A DNA stretch of 64,000 nt from Nitrosopumilus sp. (GCA_965203315.1 CBDBCE010000004.1:192001-256000); one strand, 5' to 3'; numbered from the stretch's first letter, positions 44,740 to 53,645 are shown. Notes: generated from the letters alone by a model not told the origin. Made by a program: numbers and translations.

Positions 44740-44806
44740 AGACTATATGCGTATTTCTTACATCATACTCACGTTTAAGGTATAATAAAACACAAGTGTA
44801 ATTTCT
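44740..44806 (+). repeat. Truncated 141-bp-family MITE
   Basis: AGACTATATGCGTATT...GTGTAATTTCT, then breaks at the IS66 left end. Confidence 0.75.
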
Positions 44807-45009
44807 GTAAGCGGTTAGCCTGACAACGATCTTGTGGGGTTCTTTTAACTTAATGGGGGGTTAAGATTAAGTTGTAGGTATTTCGAGAAACGCACGGTAT
44901 GCAACTTAAAACAGCAATAATCTACAATGGGTGATCTAACCATTTTTCATGACTTGTAAAATTTTGAGAGAATGTTGCGTGAAAACTATCGACCCCCCCG
45001 TTAAGTTAA

Positions 45010-46348
45010 CCATATGTGAAGAAGTCGATCAGAGTACATTCAGATGATACAAAGCATGCAGGTCGATCCAAGCGATCATCTGTAAAGCGATCTAAAAGAG
45101 GAAATGCAAACAAACAGATTACCCATCCAAAAAGTAAAAACAAGATGATCTATATCGGAATAGATGCACATAAGAGATTTCTGCAAATTGCAGCAATGGA
45201 TCAGGATGGCAAGCGTCTACTCAATGAGCGTGTTGCCACAGATCATGACAGTCTAAAAAAATTCTTTGCGCAGTTTACACCACTCAATACACGTTGTGTG
45301 ATGGAGTCATCGTCAGTATGGTATTGGTTGTATAGATACTTGACAGATGAATTGGGATTTGGTGTAGTGTTATCGAATCCATATCAAACAAAGGCTATTG
45401 CAGAATCAAAGAAAAAGACAGACAAGGTGGATGCATGGACACTGGCAGATCTTTTAAGAGGAAATTATATCTCGCCTTGTTTTGTTCCTAGTGAATACAT
45501 TGTTAAATTGAAACAGTTGGTTCGACATAGAGATATAATTGTAAAAGGAAGAACGCGATACAAGAATCTTATACATGGGATATTACTGCAATATGGAATT
45601 AAAATACCTGGTTCAAGTTTTAGCAAGTCATTTAGAGAGGAATTGAAGAAACTCGAGGATTATAGAATAGATAACTATTTGGACATGATAAACCTCTCTG
45701 ACGAAAAGATTCGACAGTTGGATATTAAAATGCATAAAGAAGTAAAGAGATCACATGATGCGCAGTTGTTAAAGACAATTCCGGGAGTTGGAAACTTTGT
45801 TGCACTTGTTGTAATATCCAGCATTGGAGATGTCAAGAGATTCCCAAATGTACGCAAAATGTGTTCGTATGCAGGAATAGTGCCGTCTGTTCGCAATTCA
45901 GCTGGTAAACAAAATCACGGACGTATAACGAGGAAAGGTGATAAAATACTTAGATGGGCATTGACCGAAGCAGTTCATGTACACATAAAATGTGAACCCC
46001 ATAGCTACATTACAAAATTTTATACTAGAATTAAAAAGAGACGCGTGACAAGCAAGGCAACTGTTGCAACTGCCTCCAAGCTACTCCGATTGATGTACCA
46101 TATGCTTATAGATAGGGATGATTATGTCACACATTGTAGTCGAAATCATTAACGTACGGGTTCTGTTTGAGATATCACTCGGCAAGTTAAATGTACAGAT
46201 TTTGACGAATGGACGAAGAATGATACTGAGTTAACCACTCGAATGGATATATGTTCGCAGTCCTTTACATGGGAACACATCCCTAGCGTAAGCTATACAC
46301 AATAGTCGTGAATCAGAGTAAATCTTTATAAGCTATTCACATGGATAA
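45010..46348 (+). mobile_element. IS110-family (IS1111-like) element
   Basis: TAA core on both sides (45007-45009, 46346-46348); sub-terminal IR CCATATGTGAA / TTCACATGG; ~190-bp 3' non-coding region. Confidence 0.88.
45145..46152 (+). CDS. IS110-family DEDD recombinase
   Basis: YIGIDAH, VMES, KTDKVDA, TIPGVG, YAGIVPSVRNSAG, GRITRKG; ATG 45145 preferred over 45016. Confidence 0.95.
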   Translation: MIYIGIDAHKRFLQIAAMDQDGKRLLNERVATDHDSLKKFFAQFTPLNTRCVMESSSVWYWLYRYLTDELGFGVVLSNPYQTKAIAESKKKTDKVDAWTLADLLRGNYISPCFVPSEYIVKLKQLVRHRDIIVKGRTRYKNLIHGILLQYGIKIPGSSFSKSFREELKKLEDYRIDNYLDMINLSDEKIRQLDIKMHKEVKRSHDAQLLKTIPGVGNFVALVVISSIGDVKRFPNVRKMCSYAGIVPSVRNSAGKQNHGRITRKGDKILRWALTEAVHVHIKCEPHSYITKFYTRIKKRRVTSKATVATASKLLRLMYHMLIDRDDYVTHCSRNH

Positions 46349-46356
46349 AAGAACCC

Positions 46357-46623
46357 AACGAAGCTTGTCGTAAATTCGGAGTTCATTTAGCTAATGCTGC
46401 AGATGATCTATACACGTTTGTGCTATACTATGGTATGGAATACACAAACAACAGAGCAGAGCGCGCTATACGACCAATGGTACTATTCCGCAAGGTAACT
46501 CAACGTATCGTATCTGAGGAGAGTAAAAGACGAGTTGGCAATATCTTTACATGTGTAACAACATGGGAGCAACAAGGTCTCAACGTCTATGATACACTCC
46601 TAAAAGTTGTGCATGAGACCTAA
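46357..46623 (+). pseudogene. IS66 transposase C-terminal fragment
   Basis: LYTFV...TNNRAERAIRPMVLFRKV...TWEQQGLN. Confidence 0.8.
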
Positions 46624-46807
46624 CCTCATACAAAAAATCCATCCAACGTAAATCGAAAAGATCCGTATGAAACGCAGGAAAAAGCGATCTTTAGTACGTA
46701 ACATGTATAACACAAAGGGTGTAGAAGGGTCTAGAACACCTTCTACTAAGTTGTTAAGTACAACTTGTCGCCAATAGATACTAATAGATGTAGTTATATT
46801 AATTTTT

Positions 46808-46894
46808 GGGCATGTGCCAGAGCACGGTTAAATGGGACTTGTCGCCAACAAGTTGTTAAGTACTTCGTGGGTTCGAATCCCACCATGCCCACCA
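46808..46894 (+). tRNA. Atypical class II tRNA: Leu-like body, anticodon loop TC-GCC-AA, encoded CCA
   Basis: Acceptor GGGCATG/CATGCCC-A-CCA, D-loop with GG, anticodon stem ACTTG/CAAGT, 13-nt variable region, T-arm GTGGG-TTCGAAT-CCCAC. Confidence 0.8.
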
Positions 46895-46923
46895 AATATT
46901 CTGATTCACGTTCAGACGTCTCA

Positions 46924-47062
46924 AGACTGTATGCGTATTTCTTACATCATACTCACGTTTTAAGGTACAATAAAACACAAGCGTAATTTCTAGAGTCAAA
47001 TTGATTCATTGCTGTCATCTTTGATGTTGGTGTGGGCATTCTTAATAATATGCATACAGTCT
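46924..47062 (+). repeat. 141-bp-family MITE
   Basis: AGACTGTATGCGTATT...AATATGCATACAGTCT. Confidence 0.85.
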
Positions 47063-47171
47063 ATTAGTAAAATACATAATCCCCTAATCTGACGATACAT
47101 GCAATGAGTATCTGCATAGAGTTAGAACAATATGTGAAAGAAACTAGTTGCCTACAGATGACGCGATTCGC

Positions 47172-47328
47172 TATCCATTATCCATTATCCATTATCCATT
47201 ATCCATTATCCATTATCCATTATCCATTATCCATTATCCATTATCCATTATCCATTATCCATTATCCATTATCCATTATCCATTATCCATTATCCATTAT
47301 CCATTATCCATTATCCATTATCCATTAT
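47172..47328. repeat. (TATCCAT)22 heptanucleotide tandem repeat
   Basis: Perfect 7-mer array ending 33 bp before the RM start codon. Confidence 0.95.
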
Positions 47329-47360
47329 ATGATGACACAAAGTTTGAGGGGTGCCTCTAG

Positions 47361-50300
47361 ATGGGCACCTCAAAGGCATCAATCTTTGATGATGTGCTAT
47401 GTATAATACGAGCATCTGCGACTAGTACCTCTGATCTCGGTAAACGGTTCGAGAGACTGACCAAAGACTTTTTCAAGATAGATTCAATGTATAGTAGACG
47501 ATTCAGACGCGTCTATCTGTGGTCAGAGTGGCCCAAACGAGACGGCACAGACACGGGAATCGATATTGTGGCAGAACAGTTTGATGGTACACTCTGTGCT
47601 GTACAGTGCAAGTGCTATGATGACTATGCCGGTCTAGACATGAAGTCGGTTGCCAAGTTTCTGGCCAAAGCAAACTCGCTTGGTATAGAGAACAAGATTC
47701 TAGTGTATACAGGCGATACATTTACTAGTCATGCACAAAAGTTATTGCTTGATTCCAAGTGTTCCATAATAGATCAAGAACACTTTCGTAGTTCTAGTAT
47801 CGATTGGAGTGATTATCCAAAACTTGTACGAGTCAAAGATCAAAAACAGCTCAGACCTCATCAGGTATCTGCACTAAAAGACGTGATACATGGATTTCAA
47901 AAATATGATCGTGGTAAACTGATCATGGCGTGTGGTACAGGCAAGACTCTAACAGCACTGCACATTGCAGAAGAACAGGTCGGTACAGGCGGTATCGTAC
48001 TGTATGTTGTACCTTCTATCTCTCTGATACTACAGAGTATGCGAGAGTGGTCCGACAACGGTACCATACAACATAGTTACATGGCTGTATGTTCAGATAA
48101 ATCAACAGGCGAGGATGGTTCCATAACAGAACTAGAGTCACCTGTATCTACAGATCATACTACCTTGCGACCATACATTGTATCACGACCAAAAGATGCA
48201 ATGACGGTAATATTCTCTACGTATCATTCTATAGACGTTATAAAACAAGCTGCAAAAAATATACAGTTTGATCTGATACTATGTGACGAAGCTCATCGTA
48301 CAACAGGAGTAGAAGACAAGTCGTTCTTTACAGCTGTACACAAGGACACAAACATACACGGCAAGAAACGACTCTACATGACTGCTACACCTCGTGTGTA
48401 CAGCGATATTATACAAGCCAAGATGGGCAAGGTAATCTATTCTATGGATGATGAAGAGAGATATGGACCAACATTCCATAGACTGAGTTTTACAGCTGCA
48501 GTACAACAAAAGGTGCTCTCTGACTTTAGAGTCAAGATTGCAATCGTACCAGCTGATAAGATAGACGCACAGTTTCAGCAATCGGTAACAGACGAGGACC
48601 ACTCCATACCGTTAGACGAACGTACGTTACTTGCAGCTGTATGGCACGGCATACAGTATCCAGATGATAATAAAACACCAAAACTGTTACAACGTGTTAT
48701 TGCATTTGCAAATCGTATAGACCGTTCTCAAATGTTTGCAGGCGAGATAACAGACGGAAACAACATTGATCGTAGTTTTGCAAGTATCGTATCACAGTAT
48801 GAAGAAAAAAAGAACACAGGACATAAAGTCCAAGTCAAACACATGGACGGCAAGACTAGGGCAATAGAACGCAGAGACAAACTACGTTGGTTAGACGAGA
48901 GTACTGATGATCCCAACACTTGTAGAATAGTCTCTAATGCCCGATGTCTATCTGAGGGTATAGACGTACCTGCTCTGGACGGTGTAATCTTTTTAAATCC
49001 GCGCAAGTCTCGAGTCGATGTAGTCCAGTCTGTAGGTCGAGTCATGCGTAGATCAGCTGGTAAGAAATATGGCTATGTGATATTGCCGGTTGCGATCCCA
49101 GCTGGTGTAGAATACCACAAGGCACTAGACAACAACAAGACCTTTGCTGTCGTATGGCAGGTACTGAACGCACTACGATCACATGACGAGTCGTTTGGTG
49201 CCGAGATCAACAGTCTGATACTGGACAAAAACACAGAGAATACGAGTCCCACTCCTAGAATCAGTGTATCTGTTTTAGATGATACATTTGTCGAGAGTGA
49301 ACCGATTACAAAGTTCTTTGATCATGTAAAGTCTCAACTGGTCAAAAAGGTAGGAGATGTAGACTATTATGACAAGTATGGTGAAAAGATTGGTTCTGCA
49401 GCTAGTACGATACAGTCTAGAATCGAAAATCTGCTAAAGACAAATGATACCATACAACACGAGGTATCTAAATTTCATAAATCACTACAAGATCTGATAA
49501 ACGATACCATATCTGAATATGATACTGTACAGGCCCTAGCACACCACATGGTACTTGCTCCTGTATTTGATGGGCTATTTACAGGACAGTTCACATCATA
49601 CAATCCGATATCTAGAGCATTTGAAGATATCATACGTACCATGGGACTACGCGAAGAGCTCGAGATCTTGGAGGAATTTTATGATGAGGTACAGCAAGAG
49701 ATCAAGAACATCAATACCGGTACAGCAAGACAAGAGTTCATCAAGAGAATATATGGAAATTTCTTTGAATCTGCTGATAAAAAAGGAACTGAACAACACG
49801 GTATCGTATACACACCTGTACAGATCGTCGATTTTATAATACATAGTGTACAGTATATTCTCAAGAAGGAATTCAACACCGAATTTGCAGACCGACAAGT
49901 CAAAGTTCTAGACCCATTCACAGGCACAGGAACGTTCCTTGCACAACTGATAAACTCGGGATATCTGGGTGAGAACATTTATGAAAAATACAAACACGAC
50001 CTGTACGCAAATGAACTGATCCTACTAGCGTATTATGTTGCAACCGTAAACATCGAGACGGTATATTCCAGTGTACGAAACGGACACAGACATGTTCCGT
50101 TTGACGGTATCAGTTACACAGATACTCTAAAGATAAATCCACTATATCGCACAGACGAGAGACATAGAATACAACTCAAACCATTCACAGGTCAGTTCAA
50201 ACAGGCACACGAACGCGTACATGCACAACGGTGGTCTCATTTACACGTGATAATGGGGAATCCACCTTATTCTGCCAAACAAAGCAACTACAATGATCAA

Positions 50301-52022
50301 AACCAAAACATACAGTATCCTGATCTCGACAAAAGAATTGGAGATACATATCTCAAAAGAGTCAAAGAGATCAACCCAAACATTGGACTAACGACATCAC
50401 TACGAGATTCTTATCTTCGTTCACTCCGTTGGGCATCAGATAGAATCGGCGAATCAGGCATAATTGGCTTTGTAACAAACGCAGGATTTATCAGATCTGA
50501 CGCTGGTGCAGGCGTCCGCGCCTCTCTCCACGAAGAATTCACAGACATTTACTGCTTTGACCTGCGTGGAAATCAACGAACGCAGGGAGAAATATCAAAG
50601 AAAGAAGGAGGAAAAATATTCGGTTCAGGCTCGCGCGCACCAGTCGCCATCACAATACTAGTCAAAAACCCAAACAAGAAAAAACACACCATACATTACA
50701 AAGATATCGGCGACTATCTATCCAGAGAAGAAAAACTAGACACAATATCAAAATACAAATCCATCCAACATATCAAAGACTGGGATACCATCACACCCGA
50801 CAAGCACCACGACTGGGTTGGTCAACGCTCCGACGAGTTTGAACAGTACACAGCAATGGGCAACAAAGAGACCAAGGCTGGTAAAGAGGTCACTGCAATG
50901 TTCAAGTTATATTCGAGTGGTGTAAAAACACATCGCGACGTATGGGTTTACAATTCATCCAAAGAAATTTTATCAAAAAATATGAAACGAACCATTGATT
51001 ACTGCAACAAACAAGATTTGTCAAATCCCATACTTGATCCCAAATTTGTAAAATGGAGTCCAGGACTCACAGATAGATTAAATAAAACTAAACCAAAGTT
51101 TGATAATTCACAAATTCGACTTTTAGCATACAGGCCATTTTTTAAACAATATGTATATTTCGATAAAACATTCATTGAAGTACTATCACTCACTCCAAAA
51201 TTCTTCCCAGACAAAACATCTAAAAATCTAGTAATTATTGTACCATATCGACACGGAGGATTACCCTCTACATTCATAACTAATGTAGTTCCAGATTTAC
51301 AGACCATTCAAAATGATCAATGCTTTCCTTTGTACACATACGAGAATGATAAGAAAACAATCAACATTACAGATTACATATTAACACAATACCAAGATCA
51401 CTACAACGACAAGGCAATAACCAAAGAGGACATCTTTTACTATACGTATGGTCTATTACACCATGAAAAATACAAAAAGAAGTTTGCAAGCAATCTGTCC
51501 AAAGAACTACCAAGAATTCCAATGGCTCCAAACTTTCAAGCATTTGTCACAGCTGGACGCAAACTAGCAGATCTACATCTAAACTACGAGACCTGCAAAA
51601 AGTACCCACTCAAACCTAAAGCCAAATTTGGCAAGCTAGTAAAGATGGCATTCCCCAAAGTAACAAAAAACGGTAAAAAGATTCCAGACAAGACACGACT
51701 ATTCATAAACGGCATCGAAGTCTTTGACCTACCTGAAATAAAATACACAGTAAACGGCAGAACCCCAATCGAATGGATCATAGACCGATACCGCAGAACC
51801 GTAGATAAAGACAGTGGCATAGTAAATGATCCAACTGAAACAATGACTGAAGAAAAGACAATAGCAATGATTCAACGACTCGTACACGTAAGTGTCGAAT
51901 CTGACAAGATCATCAAAGAACTATCCGAAGAAGAGTTTGAACCGAAAGCGTGGAAACCGAAACCCTCTGGTCTAGATAGATACACCAACTCTAAAAACTA
52001 TCAATCAAAATTAAGAGGTTGA
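47361..52022 (+). CDS. Type ISP (LlaGI/LlaBIII-like) restriction-modification enzyme
   Basis: Mrr-like nuclease GID...AVQCK, SF2 helicase MACGTGKT/DEAHRT/QSVGRVMR, N6-MTase LDPFTGTG and GNPPY, TRD region YRPF. Confidence 0.93.
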   Translation: MGTSKASIFDDVLCIIRASATSTSDLGKRFERLTKDFFKIDSMYSRRFRRVYLWSEWPKRDGTDTGIDIVAEQFDGTLCAVQCKCYDDYAGLDMKSVAKFLAKANSLGIENKILVYTGDTFTSHAQKLLLDSKCSIIDQEHFRSSSIDWSDYPKLVRVKDQKQLRPHQVSALKDVIHGFQKYDRGKLIMACGTGKTLTALHIAEEQVGTGGIVLYVVPSISLILQSMREWSDNGTIQHSYMAVCSDKSTGEDGSITELESPVSTDHTTLRPYIVSRPKDAMTVIFSTYHSIDVIKQAAKNIQFDLILCDEAHRTTGVEDKSFFTAVHKDTNIHGKKRLYMTATPRVYSDIIQAKMGKVIYSMDDEERYGPTFHRLSFTAAVQQKVLSDFRVKIAIVPADKIDAQFQQSVTDEDHSIPLDERTLLAAVWHGIQYPDDNKTPKLLQRVIAFANRIDRSQMFAGEITDGNNIDRSFASIVSQYEEKKNTGHKVQVKHMDGKTRAIERRDKLRWLDESTDDPNTCRIVSNARCLSEGIDVPALDGVIFLNPRKSRVDVVQSVGRVMRRSAGKKYGYVILPVAIPAGVEYHKALDNNKTFAVVWQVLNALRSHDESFGAEINSLILDKNTENTSPTPRISVSVLDDTFVESEPITKFFDHVKSQLVKKVGDVDYYDKYGEKIGSAASTIQSRIENLLKTNDTIQHEVSKFHKSLQDLINDTISEYDTVQALAHHMVLAPVFDGLFTGQFTSYNPISRAFEDIIRTMGLREELEILEEFYDEVQQEIKNINTGTARQEFIKRIYGNFFESADKKGTEQHGIVYTPVQIVDFIIHSVQYILKKEFNTEFADRQVKVLDPFTGTGTFLAQLINSGYLGENIYEKYKHDLYANELILLAYYVATVNIETVYSSVRNGHRHVPFDGISYTDTLKINPLYRTDERHRIQLKPFTGQFKQAHERVHAQRWSHLHVIMGNPPYSAKQSNYNDQNQNIQYPDLDKRIGDTYLKRVKEINPNIGLTTSLRDSYLRSLRWASDRIGESGIIGFVTNAGFIRSDAGAGVRASLHEEFTDIYCFDLRGNQRTQGEISKKEGGKIFGSGSRAPVAITILVKNPNKKKHTIHYKDIGDYLSREEKLDTISKYKSIQHIKDWDTITPDKHHDWVGQRSDEFEQYTAMGNKETKAGKEVTAMFKLYSSGVKTHRDVWVYNSSKEILSKNMKRTIDYCNKQDLSNPILDPKFVKWSPGLTDRLNKTKPKFDNSQIRLLAYRPFFKQYVYFDKTFIEVLSLTPKFFPDKTSKNLVIIVPYRHGGLPSTFITNVVPDLQTIQNDQCFPLYTYENDKKTINITDYILTQYQDHYNDKAITKEDIFYYTYGLLHHEKYKKKFASNLSKELPRIPMAPNFQAFVTAGRKLADLHLNYETCKKYPLKPKAKFGKLVKMAFPKVTKNGKKIPDKTRLFINGIEVFDLPEIKYTVNGRTPIEWIIDRYRRTVDKDSGIVNDPTETMTEEKTIAMIQRLVHVSVESDKIIKELSEEEFEPKAWKPKPSGLDRYTNSKNYQSKLRG

Positions 52023-52118
52023 ACTATCGATGTGGTGTTTGAATAACTTGTTATCTCACACTGCATTAGACCTATAAGTGAAATATTCGCCCCGCTATGA
52101 CCGTAGTCCGGACACCGT

Positions 52119-52236
52119 GGATCTTTTCTATTTACGTAGGATGATTTTTTGCAAGGATTTTTTCATAATCTTCCTTTATGGATTCTTGTAGTGATTTTTC
52201 TATACCTCTTCTATCTCACGTAAGTCGAAAAGATCC
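52119..52236. repeat. IS6-derived MITE
   Basis: GGATCTTTTCTATTTACGTAGGAT ... CTCACGTAAGTCGAAAAGATCC. Confidence 0.8.
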
Positions 52237-52283
52237 TAATACACAAAGAATTTATGTCTTAAATAATAGATATTAGATCAGAA

Positions 52284-52691
52284 TTGGCTACTGTTCAAGT
52301 AAAGATTAAAGAAAAATCAGATATTGATAGAGTTCTATCTCATATCAAGCAATTGCAAACTAGTATGACCCAACTACAAACTAGCATAGATAGACTCGCT
52401 CAACAAAACATAGACATGAAGAGCATAAAACCAAAGATTGTCGATGCACTTGATGTCGATTTTGTAAAACAGGTATGTTATGAGAATAACTTTGATTGTA
52501 ATGTAATAAAATTGATTGTGATTTATAAGCACGACGATTATGACTTTGTAATTGATACAATATTTGAAAGATTTGGCAAATTGGAAGATCAATTTCCAGA
52601 CTTGGATCTACAAATGTTATTTTTTGATGTATCTAAAATTAAACCAAGTCGCTTAGATAACACAACCACTGTTTTTAAGAAAGAAGAGTAA
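52284..52691 (+). CDS. Putative antitoxin (MNT-like), paralog 2
   Basis: Closely similar to 27436..27840. Confidence 0.65.
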   Translation: MATVQVKIKEKSDIDRVLSHIKQLQTSMTQLQTSIDRLAQQNIDMKSIKPKIVDALDVDFVKQVCYENNFDCNVIKLIVIYKHDDYDFVIDTIFERFGKLEDQFPDLDLQMLFFDVSKIKPSRLDNTTTVFKKEE

Positions 52692-52694
52692 TTC

Positions 52695-53029
52695 ATGTCA
52701 TGGCATTACAAAAGGTATAAACGTAATAAGGAACTATTTGAACAGTTACGTAAGAACGAATTAAACTGTTATGACTGGCAAGTAACAATACTATTTTATG
52801 CGGCATTACATTTGGTTAATGACTTTTTTGAACGAAATGGATACATATCACCTGATAATCGTAAACTACGAAAAAAGATAATAAAAAACATCTCTCATAT
52901 TTGAAGAATAGCTATAATTTTTTATTTGATCTAAGTATACTTGCTCAATATGAAGAATTGGAGATAACTGTAAAAGACAGAGATAAAGCACTGACTGCTT
53001 CATCAATTTTAGAATCAAAAATTGGATAG
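52695..53029 (+). pseudogene. HEPN-like toxin, frameshifted
   Basis: Apparent 2-nt insertion near 52899 gives TGA at 52902-52904; the shifted frame continues LKNSYNFLFDLSILAQYEELEIT...LESKIG*. Confidence 0.75.
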
Positions 53030-53147
53030 TGTCTGTCTTGTCTCAAGTATGCATAATTTGTTCTGATCAGTATACTGATTCAAGATAGTGTGCGACAACT
53101 AGATCTTATCAGATGCCACACTGTTTATTTTATCTAGCCGAGATTAC

Positions 53148-53262
53148 GGATCTTTTCGATTTACTAGAGATAGTGTTTCACAAAACTTTTTCTGCAATTT
53201 TCCATTATGGTGATGTAATGCTTTTTCCATAACCCTTCATCACACGTAAACCGAAAAGCTCC
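53148..53262. repeat. IS6-derived MITE
   Basis: GGATCTTTTCGATTTACTAGAGAT ... CACACGTAAACCGAAAAGCTCC. Confidence 0.8.
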
Positions 53263-53318
53263 TTTCAATTGATATGATGTTAATTTCCTATCTCTCTTCA
53301 ATACAGATTCTATCAATA

Positions 53319-53645
53319 TTATATGTCCAATCTACAGGCTTGCCCATAACAAGCATAAATACTCCAATACACCAATATGGCAAAAGAGACATAGCAAGAC
53401 AGTGATGCTATATCACTAGTTTTGTTGTTAGAAAATTGTCCCAGGATTATAGGAATCCATGCTGGAAAACTAACAAGAAACACGATAAATCTAAGATCAG
53501 ACATCCCAGAAAGTACATCACCTGAAGCAAACAAATAAAAAGAATTGAGAAGAACAACATTGGATAAAATAACACAAAGACCAACCCCATTCATTTTACG
53601 CAGATGAGAAAAAATAGAACTAGTATTTGGCATGCCACAACGCAA
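53319..53645 (-). CDS. Small three-TM membrane protein
   Basis: Three hydrophobic segments; coupled to the upstream secreted-protein gene. Confidence 0.6.
   Translation of the reverse strand: MRCGMPNTSSIFSHLRKMNGVGLCVILSNVVLLNSFYLFASGDVLSGMSDLRFIVFLVSFPAWIPIILGQFSNNKTSDIASLSCYVSFAILVYWSIYACYGQACRLDI

Larger units (their letters stand above)
44837..46356. repeat. MITE (GGGTTCTTTTAACTT family) with its right TIR split by IS110
   Basis: Left GGGTTCTTTTAACTTAATGGGGGG; right CCCCCCCGTTAAGTTAA|IS110|AAGAACCC. Confidence 0.8.
44807..46631 (+). mobile_element. Internally deleted IS66 remnant hosting a MITE and an IS110
   Basis: Left end GTAAGCGGTTAG, right end CTAACCTCATAC (10/12 IR match); TnpC C-terminus TNNRAERAIR just inside the right end; no TSD. 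Confidence 0.7.

Noticed and set aside
46808-46894. Ordinary intron-containing tRNA-Leu (CAA or TAA)
   Set aside because: I could not find a BHB-defined intron whose removal yields a canonical Leu anticodon arm while keeping the variable arm
47104-47406. ORFs with IIHYPLS repeats
   Set aside because: Translation artefacts of the stop-free TATCCAT array, open in several frames with no coding signature
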